Shown here: one piece after another, positions 17,449-26,880 of the stretch
Numbering within the stretch: the first letter of the stretch is position 1
How the letters are laid out: every line of letters begins with the position of its first letter
Source: an uncultured Gemmatimonadales bacterium
GTDB lineage: Bacteria > Gemmatimonadota > Gemmatimonadetes > Longimicrobiales > Longimicrobiaceae
Direction of reading: 5' to 3'
Assembly (NCBI GenBank): GCA_963716255.1
Contig: OY970303.1
Span: 5,152,001 to 5,216,000 of the forward strand
Length of the DNA stretch: 64,000 bases
The notes under the pieces: generated by a model
The model's input: only the letters and a program-made list of their open reading frames with translations
The model's database searches: none
Told to the model about the DNA's origin: nothing
Program-made: the position numbers and the translations under genes

Positions 17449-19347
17449 CTACTGGACGTCACAGGCGTCGCAGCCGCTGCAGGCGGGGCGCGACTGGTCG
17501 TCGAAGTAGGCCAGGATCGCCCCCCGGCGACAGCCCTCCGAAGTCGCGTAGGCTTCGACGGCGTCGAGCTTCGCGAACTGCAGGGCGCGTCGAGCCTCCA
17601 GGGCGTCCCACGGCACCGGTATCCTCTCGGGGACGTAGCGCCTGCCCGAAAGGGTGATCCCCACCGGCTCGATGCTCCACTCCAGCAGCCCGTCGTCCTT
17701 CATCCGGTGGAGCGCCTCCTGGACCTCCGCCGCTCCCCCGGGGAATGCGTCGAGCTGGCGGCGACGTAGCGTGGCGCCCTTGTAGAGTTGCGTGCCGCCC
17801 ATGGCGAGCCAGAGCCCGCGGAGGGTGAGCCGGTCGTCCTCGCGCCCGGGAGTCCCCAGCACGTCGGTGACCTGGGCCGGCGTGGCGTGAAGCGTCACGT
17901 ACAGGGCCTGGCGCTCGGCCGTCGTGTACCGGATCACGCCGGCGTCCGCGAGGACGCGGAGCGCGGAGTACACTGGGCCTCCCTTCCGGAAGCCGAGCTC
18001 CCTGGACAGGGCGGCGGGGGGCCGGTCCACCACTCCCTTGGGATCGGCGTGCTCCAGCAGCCGCCGGTAGACCGCCTCGACGGTCACGCGGGCAGGGTGG
18101 GTGTTCTCGATCAGCGCCTCGTGCGTGAAGCGGTCGGCAGGCGAGTAGAGCAGGAGGCAGCGGGCGCCCTCGCCGTCCCGGCCGCCGCGCCCGGCCTCCT
18201 GGTAGTATGCCTCCATCGTGCCGGGGATCGAGTGGTGGATCACGACCCTCACGTTCCCTTTGTCCACGCCCATCCCGAAAGCGCAGGTGGCCACCACGAC
18301 CTGCGCGGCGCCGTGCATGAACGCCTCCTGGGCGGCGCTCCGCTTCCTGTCGGAGAGGCCGGCGTGGTAGGCCACCGCGGCGTACCCCTGGTCCTGCAGC
18401 GCCAGCGCGACCGCGGTGGCCGTCTTCTGCGTCGACGTGTATATGATGGCGGACCCGGCGAGGTCCCCGAGCGCGGCGAGGATCGCGGCCATCTTGTCCT
18501 CGTCGGCCGGGGTCTCTGCCACCTCCCAGCGGAGGTTGGGCCGGTCGAAGCCTTCGACCTGGACAGCCGGGTTCCGGAGCGCCAGCTGGGAGACGATGTC
18601 GCGCCGCACCGCCGCCGTGGCGGTCGCGGTCACGGCCACCACGGGCACGCCCGGGAAGAGCGCGCGGTGCGCACCGAGCCGGCGGTACGCCGGGCGGAAG
18701 TCGTGGCCCCACTCGGAGACGCAGTGTGCCTCGTCGATCGCGAGGAGCGCCACCTTGACCTCCCGGATGCGCCGGGCGAAGTCGGGGCTGTCGAAGCGCT
18801 CCGGCGCGACGTACGCCAGGCGGATCTCGCCGCGCTCGATCGCCCGCAGCCGCTGGTCCATCTGGGCTGGCCCGAGGGTGCTGTTCAGGAAGACCGCGGG
18901 GATGCCGCGGCGCCGCAGCTGGTCGACTTGGTCCTCCATCAGCGAGATCAGCGGGGAGACGACCAGCGTCACCCCCTCGAAGAGGAGGGCGGGCACCTGG
19001 TAGATCAGGGATTTGCCGCCGGAGGTCGGGATGATCGCCAGGTGGTCGCGACGGGAGAGCACGACGTCCAGCCCGCGCACCTGCGGGGGGCGGAAGTCGT
19101 CGTAGCCCCAGACCGCGGCGAGAGCGGCGCGAGCGTGCGCCATCGTGGGTGCCTCGCCGTGCCCGGGCCGGGCGGCGGAGAGGCCCGGCGGCTGAGGTAC
19201 TGCGAAAAGGAGGTCGGGCTGCTCGGCGCGGCGGGCGCCGCCAGGCTGGGTTGCGGTACGCACGGATGTATTTCTCCAGAAGGGAGAAGAAGACCGGCGC
19301 GGGGCCGACCCGCGGCCTGCGCGCTCTTCTCCGCTGTTTCTGCTCAT
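17449..19347 (-). CDS. recQ: RecQ family ATP-dependent DNA helicase
   Basis: PTSGGKSLIYQVPA, IDEAHCVSEWGHDFRP, AFGMGVDK, YYQEAGRGGRDG and C-terminal CRR...CSGCDAC; start may instead be 19143. Confidence 0.93.
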   Translation of the reverse strand: MSRNSGEERAGRGSAPRRSSSPFWRNTSVRTATQPGGARRAEQPDLLFAVPQPPGLSAARPGHGEAPTMAHARAALAAVWGYDDFRPPQVRGLDVVLSRRDHLAIIPTSGGKSLIYQVPALLFEGVTLVVSPLISLMEDQVDQLRRRGIPAVFLNSTLGPAQMDQRLRAIERGEIRLAYVAPERFDSPDFARRIREVKVALLAIDEAHCVSEWGHDFRPAYRRLGAHRALFPGVPVVAVTATATAAVRRDIVSQLALRNPAVQVEGFDRPNLRWEVAETPADEDKMAAILAALGDLAGSAIIYTSTQKTATAVALALQDQGYAAVAYHAGLSDRKRSAAQEAFMHGAAQVVVATCAFGMGVDKGNVRVVIHHSIPGTMEAYYQEAGRGGRDGEGARCLLLYSPADRFTHEALIENTHPARVTVEAVYRRLLEHADPKGVVDRPPAALSRELGFRKGGPVYSALRVLADAGVIRYTTAERQALYVTLHATPAQVTDVLGTPGREDDRLTLRGLWLAMGGTQLYKGATLRRRQLDAFPGGAAEVQEALHRMKDDGLLEWSIEPVGITLSGRRYVPERIPVPWDALEARRALQFAKLDAVEAYATSEGCRRGAILAYFDDQSRPACSGCDACDVQ

Positions 19348-19440
19348 GGAGGTGAGACCGGCCGGTGCGGAGTGCGGGGAACGACCGCGGCCGGGCGGCT
19401 CGGTCCGCACATCTGCTCGGCTTTACCCCACCTCGGTGGA

Positions 19441-19941
19441 TCACGGCATCGCCGTGGCGAGCGTCGGGGGAGTCTCGATCCACATGCCGGCGGCGTCGGA
19501 CCAGCGAGCCGCGACGTCCCGCCCGGTCCAGGTGTCGATGAAGACACAGCGGGCCGTGGTCTCCTGGACGTGCCAGGGCTCCCGCGCCGCGAGCAGGGAG
19601 CGGCGCCCGTCGAGGCGATCGACGCGGCCGTACGACGGCACGCCGGGCACGGGGTCCGGTCCGAAGTAGCTGCGGCCGAGCCCTTCGGGTTCTGGACGAG
19701 GGGGCGGACGCGGCGTTCGCCGTACCGGGAGAGCGGGGGGTGGGGCGGGGGGCGCCGCACGAGCTACCGCAGCGGAGGCGGGCACGGCCGCCTGGGGGGG
19801 TGGAGCGGCGTCCTGCGGTGGCGCGGGGTCCCTGTCGTCGCCTCGCGTGGGTGCCGCAGGTGGTGGCGGAGGATCCGGCCAGGGGAGGAGGAGATCGAAC
19901 AGGCTCGGCCCGTCGGAGCCATGGGTAGCGGGTGGTGGCAT
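19441..19941 (-). CDS. hypothetical proline-rich protein
   Basis: Pro-rich N-terminus with a Trp-containing folded C-terminus; upstream of recQ. Confidence 0.45.
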   Translation of the reverse strand: MPPPATHGSDGPSLFDLLLPWPDPPPPPAAPTRGDDRDPAPPQDAAPPPQAAVPASAAVARAAPPAPPPALPVRRTPRPPPRPEPEGLGRSYFGPDPVPGVPSYGRVDRLDGRRSLLAAREPWHVQETTARCVFIDTWTGRDVAARWSDAAGMWIETPPTLATAMP

Positions 19942-20020
19942 CGGGGAGCCGGTCGGGGTGGAGGCTCGGGGCTTAAAAACCCCTGGTGAGAGCCGGGCGG
20001 GCTCGAGTCCTGCCCGTGTA
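19938..20020 (+). tRNA. degenerate tRNA-Leu(UAA) (pseudo-tRNA)
   Basis: GCATCGG/CCGTGT acceptor stem (one bulge), GAGCC/GGCTC D-stem, GGGG-CTTAAAA-ACCCC anticodon arm, long variable arm, GCGGG-CTCGAGT-CCTGC T-arm; no CCA and several non-canonical bases. Confidence 0.55.
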
Positions 20021-20652
20021 TCTGAAGTTGTACTTCCGAACAATGACTCCCGGCTGCGGGAAGGGGTCGTACCAGGGCCGGCGGACCCCGGGCCCCTCAC
20101 CGCACGACAGTGCCACCCGGGGGGCACCGCCCCACTCTGACCGCGCCCACCACCCGCAGGTGCACGCGTCCACCACCGACATGGTGCTGGTCCCCCGTCG
20201 GTGACATACACGCGGGCCCCGTCGGGGGAGGCCATGCAGCAGCGCGGCATAGCAGCGCAACGCGGAGCCGGATCGAACTCGCGGGGCCGCGCTCGGTGGG
20301 AGCGACCGACACCCCCCCCGCCGTCCCGGTCACTGGGGCCCCGGTGCAGGGCTCCAGGCGGGGTTTGAGAGCCGCCATTCACGTGACCGGAGAACACATC
20401 GACACGGCCACGTAACATGGCAGCAGCCCGCAGGGCGAAGCGTATGTTGCGCCAGATATTGTAGAAAGAGTGGAATTCGACTACCTTTGACGGTGCCCAT
20501 TCCCGCGGGATGGCTGCGTGCATTCCGCCATGCGTGCATGGTGAACTCGTCGCGTCCAGCTCGCTGCCGGGTGAACTGCTCTGCAGCCGGTGACAGCCCC
20601 GTCACACTCATTCTCAGCGCGTGCAATCCACCCTCCGCTTTTCGGATTATCC

Positions 20653-22644
20653 ATGTACTTCCGTACCCTGCTGTTGGGTAGCCTGCTCTGCGGGCTCACC
20701 GCATGCCGAGACGACCTCGTGGAGCCTGACATTCCGGCCGGCCCCGACCGACCCCAACGCATCCTCAGTCTGGCGGACCAACCCTCTGAGTGGCGGGGAT
20801 ACTGGCGAAACGGGAACACGCTGTGGGTCTACGACATTTCTCCGGAAATCGGCCTGAACACCCATCCCGCCGCGTGGGAAGACTTCCAGCTGATGGACGA
20901 GCGCATGGGGATGCGGCTGGTGCGCTACGGGATCTACTGGAACGAGTACGTGGCGGCCGAGGCGCAGGGGTGCCGCGTCTACTACCCGAGCGACAACAAC
21001 AACGCGGCCTGCCCTTCGGCGGGGCTGGCGCACGCGGCCTACTGGGCGAGCCAGCGCGGCATGGAGCTCGTCGTGGACGTGACGATCGGCAACTGCAACC
21101 AGTACCAGAATTGGGAGGCGGCGAGCTGCACCAAGTTCCAGCCGAGTACCATGGGCGGGTACGCGGGGTGGAACCAGCAGTACGCGGCGTTCGTGGCGAA
21201 GCTCGCGAAGCGCTACGAGCACCAGGTGCGATTCTGGCAGCTGTGGAACGAACCGGACGGAGGCTACGCCGGGATGCCGTTCTTCGGTACGGCGAGCGAG
21301 GCGTGCAGCGGGCAGCGGCGCCTGCAGGGGCGGCGCTACGCGGACATGCTGAAGGTGGCCTACCCGGCGATCCAGAACGCCGGGGCCGCACGCCGCATGT
21401 GGGTCCTCACGGCTGGGATGACGGCCGGGACGGGGCCCACCCTTGACAAGAACGGCGTGAACAGCGGAGCGCCCTGGTGCACGGACCACTACCTCGTGGA
21501 GCCCGCCTGGGAGTTCGTCCGGGGGATGTACGAGAACGACGGGCGGGACTTCTTCGACATCTTCGCGCTCCATGCGTACGGCCAGAACGCCTACGCGGCC
21601 GGAGGGATCGCGGGGAAGGTGAACCAGCTCGTCGCGGAGATCAACCAGGCGAACGATGCCAACCGTCCCATTTGGGTGACCGAGTTCGGGGCATCCGCGT
21701 ACACCACCTCGGACGCCGGGAGGCTGCTCGACCCCAACCAGCGGGCTGGGTGGCCGTGGCAGTTCGACCAGGACCAGCGAGCCTACTACGAGCAGGCGCT
21801 CGCCTTCCAGGCGCAGAGCGGGCTAGCGCAGAAGATCATCGGCTACGCGGTGGCTTCGTCCTTCAGCGGGGGTGTCGACGGCGCCGACGCGGCGCACAGC
21901 TTCCTGACCAGCTATCCCCAGCCCGGTCCCGACACGCTCAACTACGGGCTCGGCCTGTTCCGGGTCTTCGGCAGCGGCAACTCGCACGCCAACTTCGCCG
22001 ATCCCCGGCCCGCCGGGCAGCTGCTGATCGACCGGGCCGGAGCGAACAGCTTCCCACGGAACCGGGACGCGGACGGGGGAGTGGAGGCTCCGTACCGCAT
22101 CAACACCTTCGCCACGATCCCCAACGACGTCCCGTTCCGCTACCTCGGGTCCGATCCCACCCTTCTCTCCATCGGGCCGATCAACGTGCGTACGCTGCAC
22201 CCAACGGAGGTGAAGTTCTTCACGCCTGTCCAGGTCACACCCTACGTCCGTGACGTCGGGTGGATGTACACGGTCTACAACAACCAGGTGGCGGGGTACG
22301 CGACGGAAACACGGACCATGGAGATGCTGCGCGTTCAGAAGTTCGACAACTTGCCGGGGGTGCCGCCGCTCTGCGTGAGGGCTCACAGTACGGGGATCGG
22401 CTGGAGCGGGGCACGCTGCGACGGAGGCGCCGTCGGGTCCGCGGGATACCAGATGGAGGGCGTGCAGATGTACTTCGACGGTGCATCGCCGTGGACGATC
22501 TGCTACCAGGTGCACAGCAGGCATGCCGCCGCCTTCGGCTGGTCCGGCTGGGCGTGCGATGGGGAGACGGCGGGACCCGTGGGCCAGGGGATCCGAATCG
22601 GCGCGGTGCGCGTGCGGGTTCACCGCAAGCCGGATCGTTCCTAG
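20653..22644 (+). CDS. lipoprotein glycoside hydrolase (clan GH-A, GH5/GH39-like) with three C-terminal ChW-like repeats
   Basis: Lipobox LTAC; WQLWNEPD acid/base and IWVTEFG nucleophile motifs; repeats YVRDVGW..AG, AHSTGIGW..DG, YQVHS..FGW..DGETAG. Confidence 0.8.
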   Translation: MYFRTLLLGSLLCGLTACRDDLVEPDIPAGPDRPQRILSLADQPSEWRGYWRNGNTLWVYDISPEIGLNTHPAAWEDFQLMDERMGMRLVRYGIYWNEYVAAEAQGCRVYYPSDNNNAACPSAGLAHAAYWASQRGMELVVDVTIGNCNQYQNWEAASCTKFQPSTMGGYAGWNQQYAAFVAKLAKRYEHQVRFWQLWNEPDGGYAGMPFFGTASEACSGQRRLQGRRYADMLKVAYPAIQNAGAARRMWVLTAGMTAGTGPTLDKNGVNSGAPWCTDHYLVEPAWEFVRGMYENDGRDFFDIFALHAYGQNAYAAGGIAGKVNQLVAEINQANDANRPIWVTEFGASAYTTSDAGRLLDPNQRAGWPWQFDQDQRAYYEQALAFQAQSGLAQKIIGYAVASSFSGGVDGADAAHSFLTSYPQPGPDTLNYGLGLFRVFGSGNSHANFADPRPAGQLLIDRAGANSFPRNRDADGGVEAPYRINTFATIPNDVPFRYLGSDPTLLSIGPINVRTLHPTEVKFFTPVQVTPYVRDVGWMYTVYNNQVAGYATETRTMEMLRVQKFDNLPGVPPLCVRAHSTGIGWSGARCDGGAVGSAGYQMEGVQMYFDGASPWTICYQVHSRHAAAFGWSGWACDGETAGPVGQGIRIGAVRVRVHRKPDRS

Positions 22645-22877
22645 GGAAGACGGCGGCCGAGACTCTCCGGGCGAGCCCGCCGGCTCGCGAATCTGCCCGG
22701 TCCCGGATCGCCCGGCGACGTCTGCATCCGGGAGCACGCCGCCGCAGCGGCGGGTGTTCCCGGATCGAGGCAAGCTGGAGAGGCGGGCTTCCGGTCCGCA
22801 CAGAGGCGCACCCCCTCACCGCCCGCCCGCGACCCCCCAGGAGCGCCGGCCCACCCTGACCGCCCCCTTCAGGCCGG

Positions 22878-24020
22878 TCAGGCGTCGAGGATGCGAAGCG
22901 GCATGCACAGCATCTTCACATCCTCGGGTGCCTTGGACTGGTCCCCCGCGGGGAAGAGGAAGGCGGCGTTCTCCGGCTCCCCGAACGAGAACCGCACATC
23001 GTCGCAGGTGAGGTTGTCGAGCAGGCCGAGGAGGTACTCCGCGTTGAACGCGATGCGGAAGGCCCCCCCCGGGAGCGTCAGCGCCGCCGGGACCGACTCC
23101 TCGGCGGTCCCGAGGTCGGGGGTCTGGACGCTCATGGCGACTTCGTTGCCGGAGAGGTTCAGGATCAGGCGGTGCGTCTGGTCGCTGGCGAGGACGGCCA
23201 TGCGGTTGACCGCGGCGTGGAATGCCTCGCGGGACACCTCCATGAAGCGGGTGTAGGGAACCGCGGGCTTGAGGAGGATCGTGTAGTCCGGGTAGTCGTC
23301 CCCCACCAGGGACGCGACGATCTCGACCAGGTCCGAGCGGAAGCCGACACGCGTGTCGTCGAAGGTGACCCGCACCTTCTCGGCCTTGACCAGCTGGGCG
23401 ACCGCGGTGCTGAGGGCCCGTACGGGCACGACGCGGCGGCGGTCGCCCAGCTTGGCGTCGAGCTTCCGCTTGATCATGGTCATGCGGTGCCCGTCGGTGG
23501 AGACGAGCGTGAGGACGCCCCCCGACGTCTCCCACAGGACGTTGTGCAGGGCGGGGGAGCGCGAGCCGTCGGTGCTCACCGTGGCGGTGACCGGCCCGGC
23601 CATGGTGGCGAGCACGCTGCCGGGGAGGTCGAACCCGGTATCCCACGGCAGCTTCGGGGGCCGCGGGAACGCATCGGCCTCGCCCGTGTTGAGGTTGAAC
23701 CGGCTCCGCCCCGAGGCGATGCGCATGCGCTCGCCGCGCAGCGCCAGCTCCACGTCGCCCGCGTCGAGACGCGCGGTGAGCTCCTTCAGCTTCTTGGCCG
23801 GGATGGTGGTGACCGGGGTGCCGTTGAACCGCGCGGGGATGCGGGTGCGGGCCCACACCGACAGGTCCGTGGTGGTGAGGTCCACGTACCCGGCGGCGTT
23901 CGGCTCCACGAGCACGTTGTCCGTGACCGGGAGGGCGGACGTGCGGGGCACGACGGCGACCACGCGGTCGATGCCGTCCTGCAGGTGCTCCTGGGTGACG
24001 GTGGTGGTGGCGGTGCTCAT
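22878..24020 (-). CDS. dnaN: DNA polymerase III beta clamp, stand-alone copy
   Basis: TTDLS, VSTDGHRM, DYPDY, IAFNAEYL and LCMPLRI motifs; no dnaA/recF/gyrB neighbours; start ATG 24020. Confidence 0.92.
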   Translation of the reverse strand: MSTATTTVTQEHLQDGIDRVVAVVPRTSALPVTDNVLVEPNAAGYVDLTTTDLSVWARTRIPARFNGTPVTTIPAKKLKELTARLDAGDVELALRGERMRIASGRSRFNLNTGEADAFPRPPKLPWDTGFDLPGSVLATMAGPVTATVSTDGSRSPALHNVLWETSGGVLTLVSTDGHRMTMIKRKLDAKLGDRRRVVPVRALSTAVAQLVKAEKVRVTFDDTRVGFRSDLVEIVASLVGDDYPDYTILLKPAVPYTRFMEVSREAFHAAVNRMAVLASDQTHRLILNLSGNEVAMSVQTPDLGTAEESVPAALTLPGGAFRIAFNAEYLLGLLDNLTCDDVRFSFGEPENAAFLFPAGDQSKAPEDVKMLCMPLRILDA

Positions 24021-24130
24021 TCGATAAGGGATGGGGGAGGGGGGAAGCAGGAAAACATGGACACCCCTGGTTTTCTTTCGGGGAGCGCGGAGGGAGCTGG
24101 GGGAAGGCAGAACGAGGAAGGGGGGTGTAA

Positions 24131-24973
24131 ATGACGAAACTGGGGCCCCTCGAGGAGGCGCAGGCCGAGCTGGAGCTGTCCAACGACGAACTCCAGCGAG
24201 CCAACCATGGGCTGGCAGAGCTGGCAGACGAAGCCTCGCGCGCGCGGGGTTAGAGGCCGAGCGGAGGGCGGAGGAGGCCTCCCGGCGGGCGGGAGCGGCC
24301 GCGCGGCAGGCGGGTATTGGCCGGGCTCTGATTCGGGGCGGTCCGCTCCGGGAGGTGCTCGGCCGATGCACCAGGGCCGTCGTCGAGCACCTGGACGCGG
24401 CGTTCGTGCGCATCTGGACGCCGAACGAGCCGGAGCAGGTGCTGGAGAAGCAGCTACGAGGGATCCAGCGATCCACCCAGCGGGCGAACCAGCTGATTGA
24501 GGACCTGCTGGACGTCACGCGCATCGAGGCGGGCCGCCTCTCGATCGAGCCGAGCACGCACGACGCCGGGGCCCTGCTGGCGGAGGCGCACGAGATGCTC
24601 CGCCTGTCGGCGGATGAGAAGGCGATTCGGACGGGGTCGCAGACGGAATCCCGGTGGTCCAGGCGGACCATGACGGCATCCCCCAGGTGCTGTGCAACCT
24701 AGGCACCAATGCGATCAAGTTCACCCCGAAGGGCGGCCGCGTGCGCCTGCGGGCCGAACCCTGCGAGGGGCAGGCTCGCCTCTCGGTCGCCGACACGGGG
24801 CCGGGGATGCTCGCGGAGCAGCTCGAGCACGTCTTCGACCAGTTCTGGCAGGCCGACCACGCGGACCGCCGGGGGGTGGGCCTCGGACTCGCCATCGCGA
24901 AGGGAGATCGTGGAAGCGCATGGCGGAAGGGTGTGGGTGGAGAGCGAGGTCGAATCGAAGCTACGAGCAATAG
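24131..24973 (+). pseudogene. fragmented sensor histidine kinase
   Basis: Coiled coil, GAF-like piece, LIEDLLDVTRIEAG, NLGTNAIKFTP, VADTGPGM, GLGLAIA and IVEAHGGRVWVES are spread over several frames with stops and deletions. Confidence 0.8.
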
Positions 24974-25217
24974 CGCGGAATGGGTGTCGCGTTCCTTGAC
25001 ATCGTGTTGGACGACCGCGATTCTGCGAAGCGTTCTTGCAGGCCATAGCGGCTTCTTCCGGGGCCTCCCCGCCCGTGGTACGGACGGACGTCGCCCGCAG
25101 CATCCCGAGAGACATCCCGTGCCCGCTCGCCCCCGAGCGCCACGGCCCGTTCCTGCCGTCGCCGGCCGCGCTCTCGTGGCGGAAGCCGGTGTGCGCCTCC
25201 CCGCCTCCCGCGTTCCC

Positions 25218-26873
25218 GTGCCGACCATAACCGTCCTCAGCTGGAACGTCGAGAAGCTCGGCGAAGGCAAGACGACCAGGCTGGCGACGGACCCCAACCT
25301 GTCGGAGATCGTCCCGTTCATCGCCCTCGTGATCGCCCGCACGGGCGCCGAGCTGGTGGGGATCATGGAGATCAACGGCGGGATGGGCCCCCGCATCCGG
25401 GACTGGCTGGTCCGGCTCCTCAACAATGTGCCTGGCACCGTGGGCGCGCCGTGGCAGGGGCGCCTGAGCACCCGGCAGGACGGCGGCACCCAGGAGGAGT
25501 ACCTCTACCTCTGGAAGGAGCAGCCCGGCCGGCTCGTGCTGGACCCGGCCTCGTTCCCCAGCGCCACGTCGCTGATCGGCGTGGTGGACCGCAACCTCCT
25601 CGCGGAGTTCGCACAGCATCTGGCGTGGTCGCCGGCCCAGGTGGACCAGCTCCTCGACGCCCTGGCGGCCAGCGGGTACATCAACCACCCGTGGTTCATG
25701 GAGCGCGGCAAGCAGAAGCACACCGCCGAGTACCGGATGGTGCCCGTCCAGTGGAAGGCCCTCGCCGCGATGGCGGTGCCGGAGGTGGAGTTCGACCCGG
25801 CGCTCGCCCAGCCGCCGGCCGCGCTCCTGGGACCGGGCGGCGCGGTGGCGCGGCAGCATCTCGCCCAGATGCTGGTGGACGCCGACATCCTGCGCTTCCT
25901 CACCTACGGGGCCCGCTCGCCGTATCTCGCGAACTTCCTCGTGGGCAACCCCGGGAAGCCGCTCGCCACGGCCATCTACCACGCGCCGGGGCCGCAGGAG
26001 CAGATGTTCACCATCGGGCCCGCCATCAACACGATCGGGATGAGCCTGTCCCTCGCCCGGGCGGCCGCGGCGGGCAACGTGCTCGTGATGGGCGACTTCA
26101 ACGTGACCGCGCGCCAGATGAGCGAGCAGGTCGAGGTGTGGGGCCGCGAGAAGAACGGCCAGCCCCAGTTCTCCAAGGTGACGCCCGTCCAGCGGCAGCA
26201 GGTGTTCGCGCCCATCGTCGGGGGGACGCTGAACGCCGCGAACCTGATGAACGCGGGCGGCCAGGAACTGCGCACCACGTACGTCGGCCTCTACCAGGAC
26301 GACGCCACGGCGCCCGACGACGTGCTCCTCAATGCGTACGACAAGTTCTTTTTCCACGGCGGCGCACCCCCCGGCGGGCAGCCGATGACGCAGACGAACG
26401 AGGTGGAGGTGATCAATCTCGCCCTGTTCCTGACGGACCGCAGCGTCTACTTCGATGCGGACCTGGCGCGCTCGGCGCTGACGTTCTTCCGCGTCTTCTG
26501 CGGCGATGCGTCCCTGGACAAGGCGATCGACGCGCTGACGCGCAAGGAGAGCCGGGCGCGCCTGGCTCTCTACGCCGTCCAGGGAAGGCTGCGGAGGATC
26601 GACGACGAGATCGCCCAACAGAATGCCGCGCACGGACGGCGCCTTCCGTCCAGGAGCACGCTGACGTTGCGCCGGGACATGCTGGCGCGGAACGTGGCCG
26701 CCGAGCAGGCGAGGCTGAACGCCGCCCAGGCCCAGGTCGCCAACGCGCGGCTGATCCGGACCTCCCTCCAGAACGCGGCCACCGTGTTCGCCACGGGGAC
26801 GGGGTCCGCGGCCGCCATCCTCCGCGACGCAGTGAGCGACCACGTGCCCATCGTCGTCCAGCTCACCGCGTGA
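25218..26873 (+). CDS. endonuclease/exonuclease/phosphatase (EEP) family protein with insertions
   Basis: VLSWNVEKLG, GIMEI, EEYLYLW, AIYHAPGP, VMGDFN, YDKFF and terminal SDHVPI; GTG start at 25218. Confidence 0.82.
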   Translation: MPTITVLSWNVEKLGEGKTTRLATDPNLSEIVPFIALVIARTGAELVGIMEINGGMGPRIRDWLVRLLNNVPGTVGAPWQGRLSTRQDGGTQEEYLYLWKEQPGRLVLDPASFPSATSLIGVVDRNLLAEFAQHLAWSPAQVDQLLDALAASGYINHPWFMERGKQKHTAEYRMVPVQWKALAAMAVPEVEFDPALAQPPAALLGPGGAVARQHLAQMLVDADILRFLTYGARSPYLANFLVGNPGKPLATAIYHAPGPQEQMFTIGPAINTIGMSLSLARAAAAGNVLVMGDFNVTARQMSEQVEVWGREKNGQPQFSKVTPVQRQQVFAPIVGGTLNAANLMNAGGQELRTTYVGLYQDDATAPDDVLLNAYDKFFFHGGAPPGGQPMTQTNEVEVINLALFLTDRSVYFDADLARSALTFFRVFCGDASLDKAIDALTRKESRARLALYAVQGRLRRIDDEIAQQNAAHGRRLPSRSTLTLRRDMLARNVAAEQARLNAAQAQVANARLIRTSLQNAATVFATGTGSAAAILRDAVSDHVPIVVQLTA

Positions 26874-26880
26874 GCAGCCC

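Noticed and set aside
20040..20300. Further tRNA remnants (e.g. GTTCGATCC on the minus strand near 20270-20280)
   Set aside because: Flanking stems do not pair and no cloverleaf could be built.
22878..24671. 597-aa DnaN with N-terminal extension
   Set aside because: The extension is the antisense of the kinase pseudogene; a normal-length clamp starts at 24020.
24654..26873. HATPase-EEP fusion protein (739-aa ORF)
   Set aside because: The HATPase piece belongs to a frameshifted kinase pseudogene and the linker is junk-like; the EEP gene plausibly starts at 25218.
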